DNA of 64,000 bases from Octopus sinensis (GCF_006345805.1 NC_043006.1:65162001-65226000), one strand, 5' to 3'; counted from the first letter of the stretch, positions 47,850 through 61,455 are shown. Made by a program: numbers and translations. Notes: generated by a model from the letters alone, not told the origin.

Positions 47850-48212
47850 AGATAGATAAAGAAATGGAGTTAAACGCAGGTGTTATTCAATTCTTTATAC
47901 TTCCGACATATGTTTCGAAGAAATGATGTAAAACAATGCAATCTTCTCACAAGGAAAAAAAAGAGAAATGAAACACATCAATAAGCCATTTTAACCGAGC
48001 ATTCCCTTCATCATATATACAGTAATCACATTCAGTTAAAATGGCTTATTGATGTGTTTTGTTTCTCTTTTTTTCCCCTAATGAGAAGTTCGCATTGTTT
48101 TACATTGTTTGATTCCCTCTGGAATAATACTAAGGTTTTCTTCGAAACATATGTCAGAAGTATAAAGATTTGAATAACACCTGCCTTTAACTCCATTTCT
48201 TTATTTATCTAT
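47850..48212. repeat. Long inverted repeat (about 150-bp arms, short spacer), probable inverted Penelope pLTR pair
   Basis: ATAAAGAAATGGAGTTAAA..AATAAGCCATTTTAAC mirrors GTTAAAATGGCTTATT..TTTAACTCCATTTCTTTAT; each arm has CGAAACATATGTC. Confidence 0.75.
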
Positions 48213-48385
48213 ATTATACTGAAACATTTCACTAAACCCTGGAATGTCTACCTTTATTAATTGGCTGTTACATCCTTGAATTTTTGCTGCCCTGGTAACT
48301 ATTTTTTTTTTCTATGTTAGTTGTACACATTGAAAATACACATACACACGCATGTATGTATATATATAAATGTCGAACAATGAGA

Positions 48386-48771
48386 GAGAGAAGCACTCCG
48401 TCGGTTACGACGATGAGGGTTCCGGTTGATCCGAATCAACGGAACAGCCTGCTCGTGAAATTAACGTGTAAGTGGCTGAGCACTCCACAGACACGTGTAC
48501 CCTTAACGTAATTCTCGGGGATATTCAGTGTGACAGAGAGTGACAAGGCCGGCCCTTTGAAATACAGGTATAACAGAAACAGGAAGTAAGAGTGAGAGAA
48601 AGTTGTGGTGAAAGAGTACAGCAGGGATCACCACCATCCCCTGCCGGAGCCTCGTGGAGCTTTAGGTGTTTTCGCTCAATAAACACTCACAACGCCCGGT
48701 CTGGGAATCGAAACAGCGATCCTATGACCGCAAGTCCGCTGCCCTAACCACTGGGCCATTGCGCCTCCACC
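48386..48771 (-). mobile_element. Young tRNA-derived SINE with 13-bp TSD
   Basis: Head GGTGGAGGCGCAATGGCCCAGTGGTTAGG..TTCGATTCCC; TSD TCGAACAATGAGA at 48373-48385 and 48772-48784; related copies about 56630-56945 and 57140-57440. Confidence 0.85.
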
Positions 48772-48789
48772 TCGAACAATGAGAATTAG

Positions 48790-49390
48790 TGCTTAAGACC
48801 ACATTGGTGGATAGAATTTCCCTTATACCTGGAGGTGGGGGTTAACATCTGTTCTCCAGCCATTAGATGTGTCTCTCAGTAAGCCATTCAAAGACAGCAT
48901 GCATTAAACAAGTGGATGGCTGAGGGTTGTAAGAGATTCACAAAAGGTGGGAGCATGCATGCTGCTTCACTTGATGTTTTGTGTAGCTTTGTTGTAAATG
49001 CATGGGATTCAGTTAAAACAGAAACTGTTATCAAACCATTTAAAATATGTGGGATATCAAATTCAATGGATGGCATGGAAGATCACATGCTGTGGCAGGA
49101 TAATGACGATGATGATGACTCTGCTGATGGTGAAGGTGTTGAATTAAATGAGAATGATCTGTATGATGATACCATGATTGACAAAACACTAATGTTTACG
49201 TGAGGTGGTGATGATAAGGAGGACGAATCTGAAGGCTTTTAAAATCGTAACGTGTTTTAATAATAATAATAAAGATAATAATTTTAGTATCTTTGAAACT
49301 TACAAAATTTTAGAAATTGTATTAATTTCTTCACATGTATTTTATTTTACAACAATTTTGTGCTGCCTTATTTGGTGGGTGGGTTGTCTT
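48790..49390 (+). mobile_element. pogo/Tigger-like transposase C-terminal remnant
   Basis: IPGG..SVLQPLDVSLSKPFKD followed by NAWDSVKTETVIKPFKICGISNSMDGMED and an acidic tail. Confidence 0.75.
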
Positions 49391-49399
49391 ATCTGACAA

Positions 49400-49960
49400 A
49401 TATAAACATAAACCAGAGTGTTTCTCTGACACAGAACATTGACCTCCTGGAAACTGTTCAGTGATGTGCAACCAAGCAGATACGCTCTATCATAGTCTGA
49501 ACGCCTTGCTTCCCAGGGCATATATACATTGAAGCTCCAACGTCTGACAACTGACTTGGTAAACACCCACAAAATTATTAACCATCATGCCAACAACCAC
49601 CTTGAACACCTTTTTGAGCTACATGTGTCTAACACATATGGGCATGGTTACAAAGTCAGAAAACAGCACAGCTCCCATGACTTTCAGAAACAATTTTTCA
49701 CACTCAGAGTTGCTGAAGCATGGAACAAACTACCTGCATCTGTTGTTAGTTGCTGAGACATTGCATCCTTTAAAAGCTCCATGTCTCCTGAAATTCGCCG
49801 ACACTACACCTGATATCCGCCCTCCATACACATGCATACATGTATATCATGACTCATACACTGTCCACTTTCCTGACTTTTGTACATAATTCTATGTACT
49901 GTACATGCACCTTTGATGAGTTGTAGTGCACCTGAGCACTGTACACAATAATTTCATTAC
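49400..49960 (+). mobile_element. CR1/L2-like LINE 3' end (a related tail is at about 38850-39130)
   Basis: LKLQRLTTDLVNTHKII..GHGYKV..FFTLRVAEAWNKLP; tail GCACCTGAGCACTG..CAATAATTTCATTA is shared. Confidence 0.7.
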
Positions 49961-52772
49961 CATCTTTTTTTATTATACCTCAGAATTTTAGAGGCTGACT
50001 AATGTGTGGGATTGATTTATACGCTGGCATATGATGTATACACACAGACACACACACATATATATTCATACATACATATATATATGTATATATGTTATTG
50101 TTTAACCCCAGAATCTGATCTAGCAGAATTATGATTGCAGAAGTTCCAGCAGTGGTAACTATCCTGTATTTTGTTGAGATTACCCTCATCCAAAATTTTT
50201 AACCATAAACATTGCCATAGGTAGGTTTTAAATGTTTCATAGCTAAATATAGTTACTTATAAACTAATATATTAACGTTACTATAACGTATTAATCTCTT
50301 GATGTTGGAAGGGGAGATAATAATATTGTTTGCTCACAGAAGACATGCCCTGTTTTGGTTCCATAAATTCATTAATGCATTATTGAAATTGTGATTCTTA
50401 CTAATCCTAGTCTGTCTCACTATAGAGATTACTAATGTTATGTATATATATATATATATATATAACTTGCCTTAACTCCATAGAAACATAATCTAATAAT
50501 AATTCTTACTAAACCTTGTTTCTCTCACTACAGAACATAGTAATTAATGATATACATGCGTGTATGTGTATTTATATTTATATGTATGTCTATATAATTA
50601 TATATATATCATCATCATCATTTAACATCTATTTTCCATGCTGGCATGGGTTGAACACGTATTTGTATTTAGATACATGTATATGTTTTGTATGTGTGTG
50701 TGTGTGTGTGTAGGTGCAGGAGTGGCTGTGTAGTAAGTAGCTTGTTTACCAACAATATGGTCCCGGGTTCAGTCCCACTGCATGACACCTTGGGCAAATG
50801 TCTTCTATTATAACCTCGGGCCAACCAAAGCCTTGTGAATGGATTTGGTAGATGGAAACTGAAAGAAGCCTGTCATATATGCATGTGTGTATGTGTTTTT
50901 CCCCACCACCATCACTTGACAACTGATGTTGGTGTGTTTATGTTGTTGTAACTTAGTTGTTCAGCAAAAGAGACCAATAGAATAAGTACTAGGCTTACAA
51001 AAGATAAGTCCTAGGGTTGATTTGTTTGACTGAAAGGTGTACTCCAGCATGGGCGCAGTCAAATGACTGAAACAAATAAAAGAATGAAAGAATAAGAGAA
51101 CATATATGTTTGTCCGCGTCTTGGTGTATGTGAAGTGTCACCATTTTATGCATTGGTTTCTTGTGGCATTATTTTACCATTAGATGACTTTCCTGTGCCA
51201 GTCCTTTTAATCAGCTCCAATGACACACTGGGTCACAGCATACTTTATTCTAAAACTAAGACCCAAGCTATCATATATATCATCATTATCATCATTTTTA
51301 ACTGAATGAATCCCTCTCAGTATTTCACCCATAAAGTGCTGGGATTTGCACTTACATAGCATGGACTGCTGAGCACATTTTATGAAAAGGAGACTATCAT
51401 GCACACATAAAAAAACAAAATATAGTTAAAATATCTTCTTAGTATATAATGGTGGCAAGTTTCACATCATCTGAAAAGTCATTAGTTGGACTATTATGTC
51501 GCCTTGCATTCTGGGAAGTATCGGAGTGTTTGAGTTACATTAGACCCCAACAAACGCCCATAAATTATATGCATCTATCTGGACCTGTCAACCTCTGCCT
51601 GACGGCCACGATCATGCAGTCGTGATTTATGTGATAATTTCTTTTCTTCAGCTTGGTACTTACTCTATTGGTCTCTTTTGCCAAAACACTAAGTTACCGG
51701 TATGTAAACACACCAATGCTGGTGGGGCAGGGAGCCAACACAGACACAACAATACACACACAGTCACACATGCATATGATGGCCTTCTCTCAGTTTCTGT
51801 CTATCAAATCCACTCACAAGGCAATAGTAGAAGATATTTGCCCAAGGTGCCAAACAGTGGGACTGAACCTGGAAACATGTGATATACTGGGTGCTTTTTA
51901 TGTAGCACCAGTATCAGTGCTTTATACATGGCATGAGCACAGGTCCTTTGTAAGTGACACCAACCTGGGTGCTTTTTGTTTGAAACCAGTACAGATGCAT
52001 TTTATGTGACACCTGCACAAATCATCATCATCGTTTAATCTCCACTTTCCATGCTGGCATGGGTTGGATGGTTTGACTCAGGCTCCAATCTGATCTGGCA
52101 AGGTTTCTACAGCTGCATGCCATTCCTAACACCAACCACTCCAAGAGTGTAGTCAGTGCTTTTTACGTGCCACTGATATGGGAGCCAATCAGGTGGCACT
52201 GACATTGACCATGTTCAGATGGTGCTTTTTACATGTCACCAGCACAAGGGGCCAGTCAGGCAGCACTGACATCGACCCACGCTTGAATGGTGCTTATTGC
52301 GTGCAACCAGCACGGATGCCTGTCAGGTGGCACTGGCATCGGCCATAACTACAATTTCCATTTTGATTTTACTTGACTCAATAGGTCTTCTCAAGTGTAG
52401 CATAACACCCAATGATTCAAGGGTACTTTTCAAAGATATCTGGCATATTTTATAACTATGCCTGTTCAAGTATCATAGCAGTATGAAATTATTAGTAGCT
52501 CTTTTGGTTGTGTTTTGAATTTGATACATATTCTTTTATTCTTTTATTTGTTTCAGTCATTTGACAGCAGCCATGTTGGAGCATTGCCTTTAGTCAAATA
52601 AATTGACCCCAGGACTTATTCTTTGTAAGCCTAATACTTACCCTATCAGTCTCTTTTGCCGAACTGCTAAGTTACAGGGATGTAAACACACTAACATTGG
52701 TTGTGAAGCGATGGTGAGGGGACAAACACAGACACACAAACAAATACAAACACACACACTCACACACGCACG

Positions 52773-52810
<38 letters not shown>

Positions 52811-52993
52811 CGGCAGGCTTCTTTCAGTTTCCATCTACCAAATCCACTCATAAGGCCTTGGTTAGTCCAAGGATATAGTAGAAGACACTTGCCCAAAATG
52901 CCACACAGTGGGACTGAACCCAGAACCATTGGGTTGGTAAGCAAGCTACTTACCACACAGCCACCAAAATGGGAGCCAGTCAGGTGGCACTGG

Positions 52994-53024
<31 letters not shown>

Positions 53025-53039
53025 TATATATACACACAA

Positions 53040-53884
53040 GTTCTGATCAATAGGTATCCAGACTGTTGACATAATAACAAAACTAAAGCATGTAGAGTAA
53101 AGCTGCTTGGCACAGATTGACCTTGAACTCATGCACACTAAGTTTTAAAAATTCTAGCTCACTTCAAATGTTTACGGCAGTGCTTGGAAGGAAGGTGTGT
53201 AGCATGTGACCGTCGCATTGACCATGACAGAGAAAGTTGTCATGGGGACACCTGCTCAGAGGCCTATGCAATGTTGCAGAAGTATATAAAGAAGAGTGTA
53301 TGAGTCACACACAAGTGTATGAGTGGTTCAGATGTTTCCAGGATTGCCAAAAAAGTGTCGATATTGACTAATGTTCTGGGAGACCCACAACTTGCTGAAC
53401 TGAGAAAAACATTGCAGATGTGCATGCAGCTATGAGAGGAAATTGTCGAATCACCATCCATGCGTTATCAGAGAATGTACAGCTTAGTTAAGGTTGAGTC
53501 CATTATCACTGAAGATTTGGGTATGAGACCTGTGTCTGTCAAGTTTGTGCCAAAACTGCTTTCAGCTGACCAAAAGGACACTTGAGTTTCAGTTGCACAA
53601 GATCTCTTCAGTTGTGTTAAGAACATTGAAAACTTTGCGAAGGCCTCTGAGCAGGTATACCAAGCTTTTGGCAAAATTTGATGCAAATTCTCATGGTCAA
53701 TGCAATGATTACACGCTATACATCTTCCTTCCAAGCACTGCTGTAAACAGTGAAAGTGAGCTAGAATGCTAAAACTTATTGTGCATGCACAGCAGAGTTC
53801 AAGGTCAATTTGTGCCAAGTAGCTTCACTGTGTGCTTTAGCTTCGTTACTATAGCAACAGTCTGGATACTTATTGATCAGACCA
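53040..53884 (+). mobile_element. Internally deleted mariner element
   Basis: TIRs TCTGATCAATAgGTATCCAGACTGTTG (53042-53068) / 53855-53881; remnant MSHTQVYEWFRCF..SGRP..EDLGMRPVSVKFVPKLLSADQK (HTH plus WVPHEL-like motif). Confidence 0.85.
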
Positions 53885-53893
53885 CTTATACAT

Positions 53894-54061
53894 AGGTGCT
53901 ACTTTGGCATGGAGTCTATTGCAGTATCTGTAGTCTATTTTGTGAAATGACCTGATCTGGGTTAAGATTAGGGTTTAGGATTAGACTTAGTATCAGGGTA
54001 AAGGTTAGACTGCATACTAAATTGTAAATGGTCAGGTAGACTACATGCTAAAGTTACACCT
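53894..54061. mobile_element. Small MITE with degenerate TTAGGG-like interior
   Basis: 25-bp imperfect TIRs AGGTGCTACTTTGGCATGGAGTCTA / TAGACTACATGCTAAAGTTACACCT. Confidence 0.55.
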
Positions 54062-55392
54062 GTATGTGTGCGTGTATGTATGGGTGTATAATTAATTATT
54101 TGAAGAAGGACAGAGTATTTGCTGTAGCAAATTCTCCAACTTAAAGACTTTGCAAAGAGTTCTGTGCAGTTAGTTGTTTATACAAAACTTTCTGTAAATT
54201 TGCTGCACAAAGAAAACAACAACAACAAAAGAATAGCAAGGGAGGGAATTCCAAAGGGTCATAACTCTCAGAAGAATAGGGTCTGGAAAATGTTTAATGC
54301 AGGGTGGATGATCATGACTGGAAGCCATCTTTTATCTGCTGAATCAGAGCTGTCTTGGTTCAAAATAAATTGCTTTTTTAGTTCTCAACTGGGCTAGAAC
54401 TAAACACCATCAACAACTGCAAGTTGCTGATGGAGGTCAGCTGTAGTGAAGATTACCTAGGGTTAAACAACTTATTTCAACATTTGTTGGTGTTGCTTTG
54501 GCTCTAAGTCAAAGCCTTGATTGAGCAGACCTATGATCAAAGTCATTCGTGCCAAGATCATTTCAATTCTCGGTTTAAAGGTCACTTTATCCGGTCCTAT
54601 ATTATTCTGAATTCTTATGTCACCTTCCCTTTATATGAAGGTTAGGGTGAGATGAGAGAGATTTGGCTGCTATTTCTAGCTAGCTTGAATCATGAACTCT
54701 AACGATTTTAATTGTTGAGTGTGCCTGAAATTAGTACCATTGGCCATTTTCGCAAACTTATCTATTCACTCTTCCACTCCTCTGGATCACATCACTTATG
54801 TTCACCTTCCTGTAACTCAAAGATTACACCCTAACACCTCTTCACCATTATCTTCTCTCCTTTTATAGCTGAGGTCACCCACCTCTTCCACTACAAAACA
54901 ACTGTTTCTGTTCCTTTGTCATACTTCAGCTTTCCATCACCTGGCAAAAAGCTGCCCCTCCCTCTTCAATACTACTACCTCCCAATTGAGGGGTCCTGCC
55001 TTACAAGTTACTTGGTGACCTCGCTGATGCTGGTGCCACATAAAAAGCACCCAGTACACTCTGTAAAGTGGTTGCCATTAGGAAGGGCATCCAGCTTTAA
55101 ATATAATGCCAAAGCTGAGATGAGAGCTGGATGCAGTTCTCTGGCTTGTCAGGTCCTGTTGAACTGTCCAACCCATGCCAGTGCAAAACATGTATGTTAA
55201 ATGATGATGACGATGACGATGATGATAATGACAACAATGATGCTGATTAACATAATGATGATAATGGCATTGATGATGATATCCATTTGTTCAACACAAT
55301 ATGATGTGATGTAAAGGTATAAGAGGTCTAAAGAGGAAATCTTAAACCATTTGTGATGCTTCTTTAAATCTGTAATCTTCTTTTTTCCATAG

Positions 55393-55561
55393 ATTCCACT
55401 GCCCAATATATCCAAGCAGCTGAAAGTAAAGCAGATGAACATAACGTTATTTCTGAAGGACTGCAATGTGTCTCTGTGTTGATTGGAGTCTATGATGTAC
55501 AAACCGGTCTGCCAATTATTGGTGTTGCTTACCAACCATTCCATCACCAGGAAGACGATGG
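55393..55561 (+). CDS. INPP1: INPP1 coding exon 4 (absent from the ORF track)
   Basis: ttccatAG|(D)STAQYIQAAESK..GLQCVSVLIGVYDVQTGLPIIGVAYQPFH completes the DPIDST motif; 169 nt, donor GG|GTAGGT. Confidence 0.93.
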
Positions 55562-57989
55562 GTAGGTGATTGTTCTTTCTTGTCAGATTCACATAGTGGT
55601 AGTGAAAGGATTGGTGAGGCCATGATATCAAATGTTCCTTTTTGGACTCCATTGCTTAGCTGATTTTGAGAGGGAGGTAGGGAGGGGGCAAGTAGGTGAA
55701 ACCCACCGCCACTACCACCACCATCACCCAAATATTTGAATGGGACTCTGTTGTTCCCAGAGGGTTGAAAGACAATAATCACTTTGACAGTATTTGAACT
55801 CTGATCACAGAGAACCAAAACAAATACCACTGTACCCTAAAAACCCTGCCAGTTTTCCCCCTTTGGTCAGTGATAATCAAATCAGAACAACTACAGAATG
55901 ATGACATTAATCAAATCAGTGGCGTCCCCTGGTGGTCAGTTACTGTAAGGGAGATAATCATGTCTAGATAGTATTCGGTGGGATTAGAAGTTTGAATTTT
56001 AAATGAAAGAATAAGGAAGAAAATGCATAGAATATACATGTTTGATATTTTTTTCTTTGCTTACTCACTATCCTGGCTGGCTCCCATGCTGGTGGCACAT
56101 AAAAAACACCATTCAAGCATGGTCGATGCCAGTGCCGCTTGACTGGCCCATCTGCCGGTGGCATGTAAAAGGCACTCACTACACTCTCGGAGTGGTTGGT
56201 GTTAGGAAGGGCATCCAGCTGTAGAAACCTTGCCAAATCAGATTGGAGCCTGGTGCAGCCTTCTGGCTTGCCAGTCTTCAGTCAAGCCATCGAACCCATG
56301 CCAGCATGGAAAACGGATGTTAATACAACACATTTATGAATTTGTTTTGCAAGAGTCCTGATATGAAATCATGTTTTGGAACAAATATTTTTACCTTTTG
56401 GATGGTCATTTTCATTTTTCTTGCCAAATAAACACATGCCTTATATGTTCGTTCTTCACTCGTCTCTGCACACCATAGAAAGACAGAATGGACTAAACAA
56501 AACAAGAGGAAACATGGGATGGAAGAGTCGCTGAAGAGGTCACAGATATATAACGAAAGATTTTTAGACAATGGCAATAAGATAAATTAAGAACAATAAT
56601 AAACAAGTGAAGAATGAATTTATGTGAAGTTGTATGGCTTAGTGGTTAGGGCATTCAGCTCATGAGTGTAAGGTCATGAGTTCAATTCCCGGTGACACAT
56701 TGCGTCCTTGAGCAAGACACTTGATTTCACATTGCTCCAGTCCACTCAGCTAGCAAAAATGAGTAGTAACTATATTTCAAAGGACCGGCCTTGTCACACT
56801 TTGTGTCACGCTGAATCTCCCTGAGAACTACATTCAGGGTACACATGTCTGTGGAGTGCTCAGCCATTTGTGCATTAATTTCACGAGCAAGCTGTTTGTT
56901 GATCGTATCAGCTGTGACCCTCGTCGTCGTAACTAACGGAGTGCTCCTATTTAACAAGAAGTAAAAAAATGACCATCTCAAAATAGAACAATATAATGAT
57001 GTAACAGTTGTTAAATTATAATAATTTGTGATGAAACAATCAAAGGACTTTTATTATTGTATTATGATTTCTAAAGTAAGCACAAAGTTCTGATTTCAGA
57101 CAGCTAAAGGGGATTAGATCAATCCCAGTACTCAGCTAGTGGAGGCACATAGCCCAGTAGTTAGAGTAGCAGATTTGTGATCAAGGGATCATGGGTTCAA
57201 ATCTCAGACTGGGCGATGTGTGTGTTTATGAGTAAAACACCTAAGCTCCATGCAGCTCTGGCAGAAGGTCCTGGCGAACTTCTTACTCTTTTGCTGCAAC
57301 TTTCTCTCACTCTTTCCTCCTTCATCTAGCAGCTCATCTGCGACACACTGGCGTCCTGTCCAGGTGGGGAACCTATATGCAATGAAACCAGGAAACTGGC
57401 CCTTATGAGCCAGGCATGGCTGAAAAAGGAATAAACAACAACAACAGTACTCAGCTGGTACTTAATTTATCGACCCCACGAAGGATGGAAGACAAAGTTA
57501 ACCTTGGTGGTGTTTGAACTTAGAACTTAAAGGTATACAAGGCCTTTTTACTGTCATTTCATTGATTCTGTCAGTCCACCACTCTATATTTTAAGTTACT
57601 AATAACATTAGTAATCATTTTACAATAAAACAAGCACAGAAATGGCTGTGTGGTTAAATAGTTTGCTTCTAGACACTGTGGTCTTGAGTTCAGTCACTCT
57701 ACACAGCACCTTGCGCAAGTATCTTCTATAGCCCCTGGTTGACCAAAGCCTGGTGAATGGATTTGGCAGTAATTGACAGTAGCTTCATTGAAAGCACTAT
57801 AGATATATTGCTCTTTTCTATCTCAAGTTGGTATTTGAGAGAAAGGAGTAACTTTGTTATATAGCGTATAATGTGCTCGCTTGGCAAACCTTGAATATCT
57901 GGTTCAAGTCCCACGAATGGTCCTGGTGCTCTTTTCTGTTTTAAATTGGTTTTTGTTAATGTACTTTTTTATATTTCTATTTTACTTAG

Positions 57990-58344
57990 GTGGAAAAGCC
58001 GTTACATCTGGGGAATATGCTACGGAGACACGAAAGTCCATTTCTTTAGTGATAAGGAAGATTCTAAAGAATCAGGGAACAATGTTATTGTCACTAGTTC
58101 AAGTGAAGACCAGCGTATTCAGGAAAAGCTTAAAGAAATGTTTAGTTTGTGTTATGCTGCTGGTGCTGGATATAAGGCCTTGTGTGTATTGGACGACAAA
58201 GTTGATGCTTACCTTGTGTCTAAAGGCAGTACTTACCACTGGGATACCTGTGGTCTCCATGCCATTCTCATGGCAATGGGTGGTGGAATTGCAAGCTACA
58301 AGGATTGTGTGACAGATTTGAATCGAGATCCTGACCTTCAACAG
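57990..58344 (+). CDS. INPP1: INPP1 coding exon 5
   Basis: tacttAG|(G)WKSRYIWG..AAGAGYKALCV..STYHWDTCGLHAILMAMGGGI; donor CAG|GTAAAA; 355 nt. Confidence 0.93.
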
Positions 58345-58603
58345 GTAAAAGTTATTCTTTTATTTTTTTACTTGTTTCAGTCATTTGACTATGGCCATGC
58401 TGGAACACCCCTTTAGTTGAACAAATCGATCCCCAGGACTTATTCTTTGTTAGCCTAGTACTTATTCAATCAGTCTCTTTTGCCGAACAACTAAGTAAAC
58501 ACACCAGCATCGGTTGTCAAGCGATGTTGAGGGGACAAACACACACACACACCCATATATATATATGAACGTAGAATTTTTGATGTAATACATGTCCTTG
58601 AGG

Positions 58604-58686
58604 TAGTAGCTGAAGAAGGCCATAGACACACATTATGCATTGTTATAAATCCGTCTAATAAAGGCCCGAAACATACGTACCGCTGA
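58604..58686 (+). ncRNA. Minimal type I hammerhead ribozyme-like motif (probably a Penelope pLTR relic)
   Basis: CTGAAGA-aGGCC..TAGAC..GTCTA..GGCCc-GAAAC-ATAC-GTA; stem I TAGTAG/CCGCTG is imperfect. Confidence 0.6.
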
Positions 58687-58788
58687 ATCCTTGGCATCAT
58701 GTTTTTATTTTGATTAATTTACTCCACCACCTACACCACGAAACGGGATATACAGGTGCTTACAATTATCAAGTACTCACCCTGAATT

Positions 58789-58822
<34 letters not shown>

Positions 58823-59448
58823 GACGGGCTTCTTTCAGTTTCCGACTACCAAATCCACTCACAAGGCTTTGGTCAGCCCAAGGCTATAGTAGAAGACACT
58901 TTCCCAAGGTGCCACGCAATGAGACTGAACTCAGAAACATGTGGTTGGTAAGCAAGCTACTTACCACACAGACACTACTGGGTTTTTAACCCCAAAAGAG
59001 TTGAAAGAATATGATAAGTGGATTCCATTGAGACACCAGGTCTTCAATGCAGCAAATCTACAGAAGTTATATATGCATGACTCATTAGACAGGGAAGAAT
59101 ATTTTGAACGAAAGGTGGAGTACAAATCATTTGCTAGGGGATTGAATGGAAATGTAGAGGAGAGACATCTGCACAAGCACTTTGGATGACCCCCCCCCCT
59201 CCTCATAGCTGGACCCCTGTCTGGTTCATAAGTACCTCAAGTAGAGTTCATATGTTTGGATATTTTTTTCATTTTCACCTTCAGTTTACATTCCCATCTA
59301 TGTTTTTCCTGCAGCCATTAGGCTGTAGATCCCTCAACTATATCCAGCTGACTCAGGAGGGCCTGAAAAGTCACTCCACCAATGACTACCTTCTCCCAGC
59401 CTCCACTATCCATGCATCATGTGTAACCGTTATTTCTTCTTCTTGCAG

Positions 59449-59592
59449 ATACGATACAACATTTCAACAGAAGTGCCCACATCAGGAATTGACCAGTGGT
59501 GTAATTCCAATGGCGTCATAGTCTATAAGGAACCCAGAATCCTTCAGAAGCTACAGAAGCTTCTGGCAACAACAGGGCCAATGCAACTGTAG
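59449..59592 (+). CDS. INPP1: INPP1 last coding exon
   Basis: tcttgcAG|IRYNISTEVPTSGIDQWCNSNGVIVYKEPRILQKLQKLLATTGPMQL* (compare INPP1 GVDRWANKGGLIAY). The six exons sum to 1143 nt, in frame. Confidence 0.88.
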   Translation: MRYNISTEVPTSGIDQWCNSNGVIVYKEPRILQKLQKLLATTGPMQL

Positions 59593-60048
59593 CCGTTTTT
59601 TTTAGGTCATCTTGGTGCTAGAACCAATCAGGAACTATCCTGTTGGATAGAACACACCGTAAGAAACTTAGAAGGGAACCAAATGCACCTTTTATTGTTA
59701 GTCCTTTTTTCTATAGCACCTATTTATATATACACACATACATTTTTAAATATATATATATATTCATACATACATATATACATTTTTAAATATATATGTA
59801 TTTATGTATGTGTATAAAAGATGATATACACATACAAGTGTGTGTATGCGTATATATCACACGCACACATGCACATATATGTGTGTATACATATGTGCAT
59901 GTATGTGTGTATACACATACACACATGTATTTGTATAAGACTTTATTACTTCATTTTTATGGGTGGTGTAGAAAAACTTGTTTCCTTTATATATTTTACT
60001 ACTGTTTTACTTGGTTTTTCTATACAGCCTTTCATATATGTCTGTGTA

Positions 60049-60097
<49 letters not shown>

Positions 60098-61029
60098 TTC
60101 TCTCTCTTTATATGTATCTGTATCTATTATTTTTGTTGTTTGGATTGGGACGCTTCACGTTCTGCTCGATGGCTCATTGAACCAATCTGGTTGAATAAAT
60201 CTTCAAGCTGGGTATCGGACAAAGCTTGGAATCCTAGTCAAAATGGCTTCTATAAACTTGACTCTACTTTTAGTAACAAGTTTCTCTATTGGTAAATTTT
60301 CTGTTGTTATTCTTAAAGTTGTTTTGATTTAATAACTTTAAATATACATACATATACACATGTCTATATGTGTATGTATTGTGTGTGTGTATTTTTTTTT
60401 TATGTTTGTGTATTTAATTATATATCTGTGTGTATGTGTTTGTGTGTGTATATTTATTATACTTTTACAAGAAATGGCATTAACTGGTCACTCCTGTTTT
60501 TGTAAAAGTGTAATAAATATATGCTCTATAAAAAGTATTGCATGTGTTAACTTGTTTTTATTATGACATAAAAACAAACATTAATTTCTCTTTCCCTCTA
60601 TATAAATATTTGAATATAATTACTCATACATACATGCATATATATCTGTGTATGTGTGTGTGTTTGTGTGAATATATGTTTGTGTAAATGTGCGATTGCA
60701 TTTGATTTTTAAAATAATTATGTAAATAAGGAAGAAATATTTTAGATCTAAAAGTGTGTATCTGCGTGCTTGTGCTAAAAAAAAAAAATATTTGATCATT
60801 CCGAGCTGTGCACCATGTGTTAATGAAGCATGGGATTTCTAACGATCCGTTTACATTAAATTAAACATAATTATAGCCAACAACGCAATTAACATATTAT
60901 TTCATGTCATGATGAGATGCAGCAATTTCATAATTGTTATAGATGTGCGGGAGGAATGTAGCAGAATTTTTTAAGGGTAAATTATTGTTGCTGTTGTTGT
61001 TGTTATCAGCGGTGCCACCGCCGTTGTCG

Positions 61030-61455
61030 TTGTTAAGGCAGCGAGCACGCTGGACGAAATGCTTAGCTGTATTTTGCCCGTTGCTACATTCTGAGTTCAA
61101 ATTCTGCTGAGGTTAACTTTGCCTTTCATTCTTTCGGGGTCAATAAAATGAACACTGGGGTCAATGTAATCAACACATCCTCACCTCCCCCAAGCTACCC
61201 TTGTGGCAAAAATTAAAAATAATAATAATTATTATTATTATTAAGGTAGTGAGCTAGTGGAATCGTTAGCATGCCGGACAAAATGCTTAGCGGTATTTCA
61301 TTTGCCACTATGTTCTGAGTTCAAATTCCACCGAGGTCAGTTTTGCCCTTCATCATTTCAGGGTCAATAAAACAAGTACCAGTCTGTTACTAGGATTGAT
61401 GTGATCGACTAATCCCTTCCCCAAAATTTCAGACCTTGTGCCTATAGTAGAAAAG

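Noticed and set aside
48690-48771. tRNA gene
   Set aside because: A/B boxes are present, but the sequence continues into a SINE body with a TSD; no complete cloverleaf is evident here or in the other SINE heads.
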